Below are positions 1 through 14,089 of a stretch of DNA of 53,142 nucleotides, in pieces; positions within the stretch are counted from its first letter, which is position 1, and every line of letters begins with the position of its first letter. The notes below the pieces were generated by a model. The model searched no databases and was not told the DNA's origin. It was given only the letters and a program-made list of their open reading frames with translations. The stretch comes from Octopus bimaculoides. Its lineage: Eukaryota. The position numbers were made by a program, and so were the translations under genes. Where the stretch lies: positions 19,000,095 through 19,053,236 of the forward strand of contig NC_069005.1 of NCBI RefSeq assembly GCF_001194135.2. The letters run 5' to 3'.

Positions 1-80
<80 letters not shown>

Positions 81-668
81 GACACGCTTATATATGTGTG
101 TGTTGTGTGTGTGTGTGTGTGTGTGTGAATATGAGTGGAGTGTATGCATGTTTGGATGATGTATGCCTGTATATATATAGATATATGAACGTATGTATGT
201 CATATATACACATATATATATATACACACATATATACACATATATATATATATATATACACACATATATATATGTATATATGTATGTATTTGTGTATGTG
301 TTCCTGTATGTCACACACACACACACACATATATATATATGTGTGTGTGAGTCTGTATGTATGTATGCATGCATGTATGTATGTAGGTATGTATAGATAT
401 ACGTTGCAAATGTTTATATGTCAGGCAGGAAACGGCGGTTACTGACAGTAACCTTATCTTTCTGAACTCTCTGTCTCCACTCCACATTCATCACCACCAT
501 CACCCTTATAACATAACACCTCCCCACCTTCCCCCTCTCTTATACGTCGCTCTCTAACATAACCCTTCCCTACTGAACTTTTTCCCCTCCATCTTTCTTT
601 CCTTCCCTATCTCTCTCTCTCTCTCTCTTCGTCTCTTTCCCTTCTCTACTTCTCTCCTCATGTACTTC

Positions 669-706
<38 letters not shown>

Positions 707-719
707 TCCTCTTTTGGGG

Positions 720-750
<31 letters not shown>

Positions 751-1480
751 CTCTCTCTCTCTTTCCCGCCCTATAAATGAAATCAACTTCATCCAACAAA
801 AAACAAAATTTCTTCCATCTTTGTGTGTGTGTGTGTGTCTACGTATGTGTATGTGTGTATTTGAGTGTTTGCTTGTATGTCTGTGAATATGCATGTGTGT
901 GTATGTTTGTATGTATGTGTCAGTATGAGTGTATATAAATGTGTGCATATGTGTGTATGTTTATATGTGTGCATGTATGTCTATGTGCCTATATGTATGC
1001 GCATGTATGTGTGCTCATATGTGTGGCTATATGTGTTTATGTGTATGTGTAAGTGCGTGTGTATGACTATGTATGTATAAGTATGTGTGTGTTAGAACTT
1101 AAGTCGGTGCAGTTTTGCAGCATAAATCTCTTGAGAAACAATATTTTAATCTGTACAAATTCGTGTGTGTGCATATGTGTGTGTGTGTGTGCTGCGCACG
1201 TAAGTGTCTGTGTATGTTTGTGTGCACGTGTATGTCTGTGTGAGACCGTGTGCGCGTGTGTATGTGTGCATGTGTGTATATATGTGCGTAGATAGGTATA
1301 ATAGGGGTGCGTGCATGTGCTTGTGTGCGAACATGTACATGTATCTGTATGAGTGCGTGTGTAAAAGAGTGTATATAGACATATACATGTGCGTGTATGT
1401 ATGCATGTGTGCCTGTATGGGCGCGCTCGTGTGTGTGTGTTTATGTCTGTGTGAGTGCGTTTGTGCGTGTGTAATTTAAA
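1..1480. repeat. Compound microsatellite/low-complexity block: (TA)n, (TG)n, (CT)n
   Basis: Directly visible; ORFs here are repeat translations (VCVC, THTH, ERER). Confidence 0.95.
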
Positions 1481-2004
1481 AGTATGCTGGAAGGCACGAC
1501 ACGATGCCAAAATGGTTTGGGTTCAGTAAACAGTTCCTCAGTTCCACTTTCATATTCCACAATAGTTCGAAAATAATCATATCACCAGATAAGCCAGTGT
1601 GCAGGCTTCGAGCCACCTTATATAGTAATAAGAAATGCAGAGTTTATTTAGGCCGATCGAGTGACCGTTACTCTAAAGTTTCCACGGGGTGCAACCTCTT
1701 CTTCAGATTGCCTGAAGAAACAGTCGCACACTGTAGAAATTGCAAAGTTATGTGTCAAGGGACTGGCCTAAATATACTACTGCATTTTACGTTTTTACTT
1801 CTTCGGAAAGTTACTTAACACCCATACCTTATACAAGTGAGAGCATTTCAGTTCTAAAATTTTAGCATTTCAGGACCAGGACTCTTATTTCCAACCAAGT
1901 TTGTCACTTTTGTTTTATCCTTTTACTTGTTACGGGGACGTAAACACACCAACATCGGTTGTCAAGCGATGGTGGGGGTACAAACAGACCCACAAATATA
2001 TATA

Positions 2005-2044
<40 letters not shown>

Positions 2045-2324
2045 CGACAGGCTTCTTTCAGTTTCCATCTACCAAATCCACTCACAAAGCTTTGATCGAC
2101 CTGAGGCTATAGTAGAAAACATTTGCCCAAGGTGCTATGCAGTGGGACTGAACCTGGAACCATGTGGTTGAGAAGCAAGCTTCTTACTACACAGCCATTT
2201 TGTATTGTTAAGTATTTTTCTACTCTGCAAACTTTTTATTTGTTTACGTGTAGCCCGCTCATACACCACAACACACATCTTTCATTTTAAGACTCATTCC
2301 ACAATATCTCATTTCCGTGACGAT

Positions 2325-4554
2325 TCATTCTGCGAAGGCAACTAATTCACATGGATATGTTTTTTATAATGTTTCATATTTTTAATTATGTACTCGTCTC
2401 TTTGACTGTTTACACATTTTTTCATGCACACACATTGTACACTTTGTTCAACTGTATGGGGTTTTTTTTTCCCTTCTTCTCCAGTCTCATTTTTCAGAGT
2501 TTGTTTAGTTTTCTTTCTTTCTCCATTTACATATTTTCCTCCAAACTTTTTCTTTCGTTTCTTTTTATCTTTTATCATTTATTTGTTTCAGTCATGTCCT
2601 CTTCCCATTTTCTTAGACATCCACGACATTTGAAGCAAGGATGCTTTCTAGATGTGCAGCAAGCCCGGATAAGTTTTGTGACATTTGCAGCAAGTTTATG
2701 ACTAAGAAACGTCAGAGGGACATTACCGAATTTTTCGAAAAAATCTTACTCTGCCTACTTTGGTGTGAAATTAGGAGACCAAGATAAGAAGTGGGTTCCT
2801 TATAAAGCCTGCTCAATTTGTGTCAAAGAACTAAGGTAATTGACAAAATGTACAAAGAAGTCTTTTCGTTTTGTGGTTCCAATGATATGGAGAGAGCCTA
2901 AAAATCATAGTGATGGCTGTTACTTTTGCTCATGTAAGATGCAGGAACACAATTTGAGGAATGAGAAAAACATTGTTGATCCAAATGTTGCGACCTGTTG
3001 CCCATGGACCAGAAGTTCCAGTCACTTCACCACTAGGAAGCCTTGAAGACATATTCTTTGGTTTTGAGTCAGAAGTTAGAAATAGCAATGACAACGATTA
3101 CTTCAATAGCAGTGAAGGTGAAGAACCTCAACTATTCAACCAATCTGGATAAAATAATCTAGTGAGGGACTTAGGGCTCGCAAAGGAGTCAGCAGAGCTT
3201 TTAGTTTCCAGACTTAAATCCAACAATCTTTTAGCTCCTCGCGCACCATCCTATTAGTATCGTAACCATGAAAAAAATTTGTTCCTTATTTCACTCAAGA
3301 AATCAAGACTAACACCAAAGTTTGTCATAGATTATAGCCCTTATGAATGGAAACTCTTTACTGACTTTTCAAAGAGAAGCCTTAAAGCTTTTCTGCTACA
3401 TAATAATAATAAATATGCTTCCATCTCTGTTGGACACTCAGTGATCATGAAGGAAACATGAAAATTTGGTGACACTCTTACACAACAAAAATTCAAAGAT
3501 CACAACTGGATGATTTGCAGCAACTTGAACATAATTTGCTTATTGCTTGGACAACATTTGCATATTACTTGGACAACATTTGCATATTACTTGGACTACA
3601 CAAAGCTTTCTTGTTTCTTGTGTAAATGAGAGAGTAGAGTCAGGAACCTCCATTGGCCTAGAAGAGAATGGCCAACTAGGGATACAATTACACTAGGAAC
3701 AATGAATGGCCTTCAAGAATATTTGGTTGATTCAAAAAGGATACTTCTGCCTCCTCTACATATAAAACTTGGCCCCTTGAAGCAATTTGTAAAAGCTTCA
3801 CCACAAGATGAAAAGGGTTTCAAGTATTTGTGTAGCAAGTTTCCTGCTCTACCAGACGCCAAGATTGAAGAGATTGTATTTGTAGGACCAAATATAAGGA
3901 AACTCGTCAAGGATGAAAACTTTGAAAACTTTCTTAATGATTCTGAAAAAGACACATGGATTAGTTTTAAAGATGCAATCTTGGGTAATCAGAAGAATCC
4001 AAACTACAAAGACATAGTGGGAATAATGCTGGAAATGTCCGAGGCCTTAGGATGTAAAATGAGCATAAAGTTCATTTGCTACATGTCCATTTGGATTACT
4101 TTCCAGAAAATCTGGGGGATGTGAGTGAGGGGCAAGGAGAAAGGTTTTATCAAAACATAAAGGAAATGAAAAGAAGATATCAGGGAAAATGGAATGTCAA
4201 TATGACACCCAACTGTTGCTAAATATTGCTTCGTGAATGTCCATCAAATACTCACAAGCAAAAGAGTTCCAGTCATAGTTTCCAAGTGAAAAAGAAGAAA
4301 TTTTAATGTACTGAACCTAAAAAATGAATGAAGCCTTTCAATTGCATTTAGGCCATTTTATTTTGCTAAAATTCCTTTTTATTAGTTTCAATTTGTCCTG
4401 CCATTTGTGGATTTACCCCCAAATTATGGTATATTTTATCATGAAATTGTGAGAAAATCTTAGGTGACGGGAAAGAGCCTTTTTGATATTTTGAATTGGC
4501 ACCACAAAAATATATAAAGTAACTTTTTCAAAAAGTTCCATTTCGCAGACCTGT
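2325..4554 (+). mobile_element. Decayed DNA transposon with a frameshifted transposase (about 2700-4230); resembles Chapaev3 (CMC/Transib-related) transposases
   Basis: Collinear motifs across frames: GDQDKKWVPYKAC, VPMIWREPKNHSDGCYFC, KRSLKAFLLHN, LLPPLHIKLG..KQFVKA, VFVGPNIRKL, LDYFPENLGDVSEGQGERFYQNIKEMKRRYQGKW. Partial terminal match tctgcgaa (about 2329) / ttcgcaga (about 4542). Superfamily assignment is from memory of these motifs. Confidence 0.7.
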
Positions 4555-7500
4555 TATTATTCCGACCCTCTCTTATCTCTTACTATTTTCTCTTTTCCCT
4601 TCTCCTTTCTTATTGCTCTTCTTTCTCTCTCACCCCTTATCTCTTCTTCTCCTCCTCCTCCTTCATCTTCTAATCTATCAAGAAACCACCAAGAAACAAG
4701 AGTTCCACTCTAAATATTAAAATCTCTTCTTCACCAAACTGCACTGACTGCCCACACCGATCACCACCACCACCACCACCACAAGTTTTCTTCAGATCCA
4801 ACAGCTTATTTATCAATGACTTCGAAACAGTGAAGAAACGCCTCTATGTAGGCCATTCGATCTGCAAGAAATAGCAACGAATTTCCTTCAAATCACAACA
4901 AAAAAAATAAAGAACATCTAAAAAATGTAAATCTTGATCATAAAATACATAAAGAAAAAGAAACAGAAAGATTGTAGTCACGTTCTTTGAACATCGTCCT
5001 ATCAGAGCTAGCCTAGGGTTAAACAACAACAATTTTATCAAAGACTTTTGTGTAAGTTCATGAACCAGTGTGAACCTATTTTTAAATGCTGTGGAGCACA
5101 GGGGGGAGGCAACAGTAGCAGCGGTGGCAGTGGTGGTGGTGGTGGTGGTGGTGGTGGTAGGGTAGTTGTAGGGGATGAATGTATAGTGGTGTGATATGGT
5201 ATAGCAGTGGTCATGGTGAAGGTAGCAGTGGTGGTGTTATAGTTTTGTGAGTGGCATTTGTGATTGTGGTAGTGGATAAAAGTAATGATGTTGGTTGCAG
5301 TGTGGATTTCATACACGCTCACTACACCCTCATCTTCTACTCATTTTTCCACAGCCACTACTACTGCCGCCACTACTGCTAACACCACCACCACTACCAC
5401 CATCATGACTACCACCGTCACTACTATTACCACCGCCACCGCTAATAACACCACTACTACTACCATCACTCCCATCTCATCACTACCACGCCATCACCAT
5501 CCCACTACCACCACCATTATCACAATATCCCTAAGCTTCTTGTCCTATCCCTTACCTCACCCTCCACAACCCTTCTTTAACACCTTTTAAACTAACCCCT
5601 ATCACTAACCCACCCACCACCCTGATATACACCCTTCTTCTACTACCATTTATACATAGGTGCAGGCATGGTTGTGTGGTAAGAAGCTTGCTTCCCAACC
5701 ATATGGTTCTGGGATCAGTCCTGCTATGTGGCATCTAGCCTCAGGCTGAACAAAGCCTTGTGAGTGGATTTAATAAATGGAAACTGAAAGAAGCCCATCA
5801 TATATATATGTATGTGTGTGTGTGTGTGTGTGTACATATTTATGTGTGTCTTTGTGTCTGTGTTCATCCCTCCTATTATTGCTTGACAACCAGTGTTGTA
5901 ATTAAAGGCATTCAAGCCATGACTATTCTATTTCTTATTGAGACATACTGTATTAATCACCACACACCACATTATCAAATGTGTCCTTCCTTTACTCAAA
6001 GTGATAGGATGTGATTTGAGAGATATTTGGCTGCTATATCTAGCAGATCAAGTGAGCCACATGCCAGCCATCATTCGACTTGACCAACTTTGTGAGATGT
6101 TATTTTATCTAATTAAAGAATTTAATAATTATTTAAATAATAATTATTAAATTACAGAATTCATTTAGTCATATTAAATTTAATAGTTAATTTAGAAGAT
6201 TCCAGACTGACAGAAAGAGTTTACAAGTGAGACAATCGTTCAACATTTAAAGTAATTATTACCCTGCCATGCTTCCATACTAACCCCAGTCCTCCTCTCT
6301 CTTTCTTTCTCTCCTTCCTTCCTTCTCTCTCTCTCTCTCTTTCTCTCTCTCGCCCTCTTACACAGACGTGTATACACACACATTGGATTGTCACGTAAAT
6401 TTGTTTGCTTTTTAATATGTGGTATTCCATCATCACATGTGTGAAAAAGACACATTCAGAATTAAAAAAAAAAAAACATAAAACACTACGGTAAGTATAT
6501 TTTTCATGTTAATTCAAATAAAATTGGAAAGGATTAAAATACAGAAAAAGATAGAGTTATGTCCCCTTTGACCATAAAGCCATAAAGTTAGTTGTAGAAT
6601 GAATCAGAGGTGAGGATTCTAAAGTTTGCAATACAGCTGCTCAACTCAGAGAGGGTGGTGTCCTCCAATTCACCAAGAAAAATTTGTCCCTATGCTTGCA
6701 CTAGCTGAAAATTTCTGATCCAGGAAGTGTGGTGGAATTCTTAGGGCTAAAAAGGATATGGGATCTTTCAGTTACACATAAGTTGCATTTCTTAAACTAA
6801 TTAACATATGGCACAGATTTTTCTACAACTTTCCACTTGATTGTATGTAGTGCAGAGTTAGTCTTCAATGATATCCTTGGTCAGACCAGGGATATCATAG
6901 AAGACACTTGTGAGAGGTGCTGCATGATGGAACTGAACCCGAGTCCACATGCTTGGGAAGCAAACTTCTTAAACACAGTCATGCCTACCTCTATAATATA
7001 TCTCTTTTACTCTTTTACTTGTTTCAGTCATTTGACTGCAGCCATGCTGGAGCACTGCCTTTAGTCGAGCAAATCGATGCCGGGATTTATTCTTTGTAAG
7101 CCTAGTACTTATTCTATCGGTCTCTTTTGCCGAACCGCTAAGTTATGGGGACATAAACACACCAGCATCGTTTGTCAAGCAATGCTAGGGGGACAAACAC
7201 ACACACACATATATATACATATATACATATAAACGACGGGCTTCTTTCAGTTTCCGTCTACCAAATCCACTCACAAGGCTTTGGTCGGCCCGAGGCTATA
7301 GTAGAAGACATTTGCCCAAGATGCCACNNNNNNNNNNNNNNNNNNNNNNNNNNNNNNNNNNNNNNNNNNNNNNNNNNNNNNNNNNNNNNNNNNNNNNNNN
7401 NNNNNNNNNNNNNNNNNNNNNNNNNNNNNNNNNNNNNNNNNNNNNNNNNNNNNNNNNNNNNNNNNNNNNNNNNNNNNNNNNNNNNNNNNNATCTTTTATT

Positions 7501-9679
7501 TTTTAACTTGTTTCAGTTCATTGGACTGTGGCCACACTGGGACACTGCTTTAAAGAATTTTTAGTCAAATGAATTGACCCCAGTACTTTTAATTCTTCTT
7601 TACAAAAAAGAAAAACAGAAAAAAAAAACAAGACAACCTCGATGCCATTTGAACTCAGAACATAAAAAACCAGAAGAACACATTTCAGCAAAAGAAGACA
7701 TTTGAAGAAGTACTAAATTTAGAAAAAAATAAGCACTGGAGTCGATTTGTTTGACTAAACACTTCAAGGCGGTGCCCCAGCATGGCCGCAGTCAAATGAC
7801 TGAAACAAGTAAAAGATATAAAATAAGTTTATTATCAGGAAAAGGAGGGCGAAAATTTTGCAAGTTTAGTGATCGAAAACTAAGGGAAACAACTCTTTTG
7901 CTATAAATGTAAGAATAACACCCCTTCGAAAGAACTGAGATTTACTTTTTCTTTTACTCTCATTTGCTTCAGCCATTTGACTGCGGCCATGCTAGAGCAC
8001 TGCCTTTAGTCGAACAAATCGACCCCAGGGCTTATTCTTTGTAAGCCTAGTACTTATTCTATCGGTCTCTTTTGTCGAACCGCTATGTTACGGGGACGTA
8101 AACACTCCAGCATAGGTTGTCAAGCGATGTTGGAGGACAGACACAAACATACACACACACACACACACATATATATATGTTCTCGTCTACGTTTGTTTGC
8201 AATGTCCTGTACCCAGATATGCACCTATACATACAGGTGGATGTCGGTATGCACATACCTGTACGTATATATGCATATACTCATTTACTATTTGTTTTTA
8301 CATGATTGAACGCAGCGTCTTCCAAATGTAAGNNNNNNNNNNNNNNNNNNNNNNNNNNNNNNNNNNNNNNNNNNNNNNNNNNNNNNNNNNNNNNNNNNNN
8401 NNNNNNNNNNNNNNNNNNNNNNNNNNNNNNNNNNNNNNNNNNNNNNNNNNNNNNNNNNNNNNNNNNNNNNNNNNNNNNNNNNNNNNNNNNNNNNNNNNNN
8501 NNNNNNNNNNNNNNNNNNNNNNNNNNNNNNNNNNNNNNNNNNNNNNNNNNNNNNNNNNNNNNNNNNNNNNNNNNNNNNNNNNNNNNNNNNNNNNNNNNNN
8601 NNNNNNNNNNNNNNNNNNNNNNNNNNNNNNNNNNNNNNNNNNNNNNNNNNNNNNNNNNNNNNNNNNNNNNNNNNNNNNNNNNNNNNNNNNNNNNNNNNNN
8701 NNNNNNNNNNNNNNNNNNNNNNNNNNNNNNNNNNNNNNNNNNNNNNNNNNNNNNNNNNNNNNNNNNNNNNNNNNNNNNNNNNNNNNNNNNNNNNNNNNNN
8801 NNNNNNNNNNNNNNNNNNNNNNNNNNNNNNNNNNNNNNNNNNNNNNNNNNNNNNNNNNNNNNNNNNNNNNNNNNNCATATATATATGTTCTCGTCTACGT
8901 TTGTTTGCAATGTCCTGTACCCAGATATGCACCTATACATACAGGTGGATGTCAGTATGCACATACCTGTACGTATATATGCATATACTCATTTACTATT
9001 TGTTTTTATATATATATATACGACGGGCTTCTTTCAGTTTCCGTCTACCAAATCCACCCACAAGGCTTTGGTCGCCCGAGGCTATAGTAAAAGACAGTTG
9101 CCCAAGGTGCCACGCAGTGGGACTGAACCCAGAACCATGTAACCATGCTACTTACCACACAGCCAAAGTTATAAATCCATCTCTCTGCACCATCATACCA
9201 ACGATCGAGCCCTCGTGATTTCCTCAACAAGCGCTGACCATTGCGATTAGGATGGAGACGTTCTCAATGTAAATAACAGAACGTCATCTCATACATCACC
9301 AAGTCCAGCATCATACACGCAAAGCTAACGTGTCAAACTAGTTTCGAGTAGACTGCGATTTCCTTGTAAAACAAGCATGGCTGTGTGAATACGGAGTATG
9401 CTTCGCACCATGTGGTTTCTGGTTCAATCCCAATGCATAACATCGTTAATTGTTTTTCTACTACAACCTCCTCAAGACGCTATCTGCTTGGAAGTCCTCC
9501 ACACGTGTTTGTGTGTTTGAGAGAGAGAGAGAGAGAGAGTGTGTATATGTCTGTATGTGAATGCGATATTGTGTATGTGAATGCTATTGTATGTAAGTGT
9601 GCCGGTGTGTGTGTGTGTGTATCTACATGTGTGTGTGTGTGTGTGTGTGTGCGAGTCAGTGTGTCTACATGTGGCATGT

Positions 9680-9945
9680 AAAAAGTGTGCTTTTTACATG
9701 CCACCAGCATGGGTGCCAGTTATGCAACACTAGCATCGGCCACGACTATGACTTCACTTGGCTTCACGGGTCTTCTCAAGCACAGCATATTGCCAAAGGT
9801 CTCAGTCACTTGTCACTGCCTCTGTAACGCCCAATGTTCAAAGATCATGCTTCACCACCTCATCCCATGTTTTCCTGGGTCTACCTCTTCCACAGGTTCT
9901 CTCCACCATTAGAGATCAGCACTTCATCACACGGCTGTCCTCATC
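9680..9945 (-). mobile_element. RTE LINE 3' fragment
   Basis: Similar to 26420-26640 and 44270-44470 (aaggtctc..cttcaccacctcatcccatgt..ctacctcttccacaggtt). Confidence 0.75.
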
Positions 9946-10446
9946 ATGATCACTAAATTGTAGTTTCAGTTCCCAGACTAGGTGGCGCATTGTTCTTGAG
10001 CAAAAAAACTGCATTTCACATTGCTTCATCATCCAAGATGTGGTACACTATGCACCCGTACAGGCAATATTGGTTCGATGGCAGGAGTGAGCTAATGTAC
10101 AGGATCTGAGTTCAAAGCCTGTGCAAGATTGTTTTTGTCTATTATCATTCTGAGGGTGATAAAACAAAATACTAACTATACACTGGATACCTAATTGACT
10201 AGATCTCTTCCTTTAAATATTTGGCCCCTGTGCTGATATTATAATCATCATCATCATTTAATGTCTGTTTTCTATGCTGGCATGGGCTGGAGGGTTTGGC
10301 TAGAGACGACAAACCAGAGGACTGTACCAAGCTTCAGTGTCTGCTTTTGCACATTTTGTGTGGCTGGATACCCTTCCTAAGTTATTTTTATTATTGCTAT
10401 TATTTTTATTATCAGTATTATTACTATTATTAATATTATTATTAAG

Positions 10447-11055
10447 GTGGCGAGCTGGCAGAGTCGTTAGTACACTGGACAAAATGCTTAGCAGTATTTC
10501 ATCCACCTTCACGTTCTGAGTTCAAATTCTGTCAAGGTCAACTTTGCTTTTCATCCTTTCAGGGTCAATAAATTAAGTACCAGTAAAGCACTGGGGTCAA
10601 TGTAATCTACTAGTTTCCTCCCTACAAATTTCAGGCCTTGTGCCTATATTAGAATGGATTATTATTATATAAGGTGGTGAGCTGGCAGAATCATTAGTAC
10701 ACCAGGCAAAAAGCTTAGCAGTATTCCATCCATCTTCACATTTTGAGTTCAAATTCTGGCAAAGTTGACTTTACCTTTTATCCTTTTGGAGTCAATAAAA
10801 TAAGTACCAGTTGAGTACTAGGGCCAATGTAATCGACTATCCTCCTCCTCCAAATTTTAGGCCTTGTACCTCTAATAGAAAAGATTATTATAACTAAGGT
10901 AGCATTTCATCCATCTGCATGTTCTAAGTTCAAATTCCACCAGGGTCAATATAGTAAGTACCGGTTGAACACTGGGGTCAATTTAATCAACTCAGACCTA
11001 CTCCAAGAGAAACAACAAAGCTGGCCTTGCGCCAAAATTTGAAACCATTATTATT
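10447..11055 (+). mobile_element. SINE family B array (about 3 copies)
   Basis: Same unit on plus strand. Confidence 0.85.
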
Positions 11056-11069
11056 ACTTGGCTCAACAG

Positions 11070-11342
11070 GTCTCCTCAAGCACGGCAAGCTGTGCTTGAG
11101 GAGACTTATTGAGTCAAGTACATCAAAATCAAATGGAAATTGTAGTTGCGATCCCCATGCCGGTGGCATGTAAAAAGCACCTACTACACTCTCAGAGTGG
11201 TTGGCATTAGGAAGGGCATCCAGCTGTAGAAACATTGCCAGATCAGACTGGAGCCTGGTGCAGCCTCCTGGCTTCCCAGACTCCAGTCGAACCATCCAAC
11301 CCATACCAGCATGGAAAACGGACGTTAAATGATGATGATGAT
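11070..11342 (+). mobile_element. Solo RTE 3'-UTR/tail copy (further solo copies at 17760-17965 + and 21645-21900 -)
   Basis: gtggcatgtaaaaagcacc..gagtggttggcattaggaagggcatccagctgtagaaac..ggacgttaaatgatgatgatg. Confidence 0.85.
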
Positions 11343-11764
11343 ATGTATTATATATCTAATAATTACATTATATGTTATGCACTTTATTGTGTTTTCTTAG
11401 GCATGCCATCTCCCAGTCTGTGGAAAAATTGTCTGGCATGAAATCAGTCCATGGTGCCAAAAGAGGACCACTGCTCAATAGAACTTCTTCATACTCCAAG
11501 AGAAACATCAAAGTTTATTACAACAGTTGGCATCATATATTTCTTTTAGTCTTTTACCACTTCCAGTCATTAGACTGTGACCATGCTGGGGCACACCCTT
11601 CAAATGTTTAGTCAATTAGTAGACTGGTATACTTATTTTATTGGCCTCAACAGTAGGATAAACGTCAAAGCTGATTTGATCCCAGAGTGTAACGGGTCAA
11701 ACTAAACAGCAGCACAAGACATTTTGTCTGATGCTCTACCAATTCAACTTCTCCCCTTACAACA

Positions 11765-12392
11765 ACAATCCTTTCTACAAGAGGCACATGGCCTGTAATT
11801 TTGCAGGGGTTGGTTAGTTGATTACATAGATCTCTAGTGCTTCACAGGCACTTCATTTATTGACCCCAAAAGGATGAAAGGCAAAGTCAATCTTGGCAGA
11901 ATTTGAACTCAGACAAAATGCCACTAAGCATTTTGTCTGGTGAACTAATGATTCTACCAGCCAGCTGCCTTGATAATAATAATGCTAGTTTCAAATTTTG
12001 GCACAAGGCCAGCAATTTCGAGGGAAGGGGTATGTCAATTACATCAACCCTAGTGCTCAGCTGGTATTCATTTTATTGACCCACAAAGGATGAAAGGAAA
12101 AGTTGACCTCAGTGACACTTGAACTCTGAACGTAAAGTTGGAAGAAATGCCACTAAGCATTTTGTCCAGCTCACCACCTCACTAATAATAGTCTTTTCTA
12201 CTAAAGGCACAAGGCCTGAAATTTGGGGGCAGGGGACCAGTCGATTACATCAACCCCAGTGTTTCACTGGCACTTAATTTATCAACCCTGAAAGGATGAA
12301 AGTCAAAGTCAACCTCAGCAGAATTTGAACTTAGAACATAAAGAAGCACGAAATACTGCCCGGCATGCTAACGATTCTGCCAGCTCACTGCC
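11765..12392 (-). mobile_element. SINE family B array (about 3 copies); a further single copy at 13735-13950 lies about 140 nt past the USP5 stop
   Basis: Same unit on minus strand. Confidence 0.85.
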
Positions 12393-12409
12393 ACAACAAC
12401 AACAACAAC

Positions 12410-12455
<46 letters not shown>

Positions 12456-13350
12456 GTCTTGATGCAATACTAGGCACTGCCTCTCATGGCTTCTGATCTT
12501 AACTGGTTAGACGTGTTAACATGCACATTTTGTCTTGGTGTAAAAGATATTCTGCTCATTACCACAGATTTGCTTGTCGGTTACTTGACCTGAATCACTT
12601 GAGCATGTCCCTTAGTGACTGGTGATACGTGCATCTCTAATCATGAGAAGGTGTAGTAAGGGAACAGCATAGCTGTGTGTTGAAAGGGATTCTTTGGGGT
12701 TTGAATGATTCACTCCAGGAAACATGGGTGTTTTGTTCATCGTCCTTAAACAACCCTTAATCAGAGACCACCTGAGAAGGATAGGGTGAAGAAAATTCCA
12801 ACTGGGCCCCACCTGTTGTTTATCTTCATATGAGGTCACCATGTTGAGTACTTATGGCTGTGATGCACTTGTCTGATGTACCCTTATCAGACAGGTAGTT
12901 GTGATGGTTGTATTGGGCTTCGTATATTTGTACCCGTGTCACTTCAATGGCATGTGCTTCCCTCTCATTCAATAATAATAATAATAATCCAACAAGAAGA
13001 TGTTAGAAAAAAACACAAAAAAGAAACACATTTTCTTTAACATAATTTTTACTGTAATTTTTGCTGTTTCGTAATAAATAACAAAAAAAAAATTAAAATA
13101 TAATTTTATAATTGTAATAATTCTAATAATAATAATAATAATAATACTCTTCCATTGGCCTAAGACCACCAATTTGGACAGAGTGGTGTTGCTGATTTAA
13201 CACATATGCCTTCCCATCCGACTCAAGATCAGTGAAAGGCTAAGTCAACCAAGGCTGTGAGATTTTGAACTGAGAAAATTTAAAGAAACATAACTAAATA
13301 CAACTAGGAATTTAGCCCGGTGCTTTTCTGGTTCTGCCATCCACTGCCCT

Positions 13351-13381
<31 letters not shown>

Positions 13382-13696
13382 TGGTAGTGGTGGTGATGAT
13401 GATGGTTTCTTAAACAGGAAGCATAAGAGAAAGCAAGAGCTAAGTGTTTTTGCCCAAGGATTTTACTGAATACAGTAGCGTTGCCAAGAGCAAGGCATGA
13501 ACTCACAAACACCCCCAGAATGGGAAGTAATGGGGTGGCATAGCAAGTTGGATATTTCAGTAGACTTTTGTCAAACTCAGCTGTTACAACCTCGCAACAA
13601 TATTTTGTAACAGTCAGAGAAGTAATAGTCATAGCAGTAATAGAAATTGTAGCAGTATTAACAATAGTAGTAGTGGTAATAGAAATAATAGTAGTA

Positions 13697-13734
<38 letters not shown>

Positions 13735-13949
13735 CCTTTCTACTATAGGCTCGAGGCCTGAAATTTTGGTGGGGGACGGGGGGGTCAGTCACTTTCATCA
13801 ACCCCAGTGCTCAACTGGTACTTATTCCATCAATCTTGAAAAGATGATAGGCAAAGTCAACCTCGGTGGAATTTGAACTCAGAATGTAAAGACTGGTGAA
13901 ATGCCGCTAAGCATTTTGCCCGACATGCTAAAGAATCTGCCAGCTGACC

Positions 13950-13982
<33 letters not shown>

Positions 13983-14089
13983 GTTGTAGTAGTAATAGTT
14001 GTAAAATGGTGGTATTAATATTAATAAATAAATAAAAAATATAAAGTAAAAGCTAAAAAAAATTACAAAACATATCATCATCATCATCA

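Noticed and set aside
32-1510. Many ORFs of 60-150 aa in the ORF track (VCVC, THTH, ERER, poly-I/N/T/D, poly-X)
   Set aside because: Translations of microsatellites or N gaps, here and throughout the window; not genes.
4683-4874. 63-codon plus-strand open frame after a pyrimidine tract and AG (KPPRNKSS...HSICKK*), possible last exon of a convergent gene; also a strong lone donor acg|gtaagt near 6490
   Set aside because: No recognisable protein similarity, contains a CCA repeat, and no partner exons found.
8166-9005. About 130-nt direct duplication on both sides of the 8333-8875 gap
   Set aside because: Copies differ by about one base and flank an N run; typical unmerged contig overlap or allelic haplotypes. 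The same applies to 26239-26370 around a 10-N gap.
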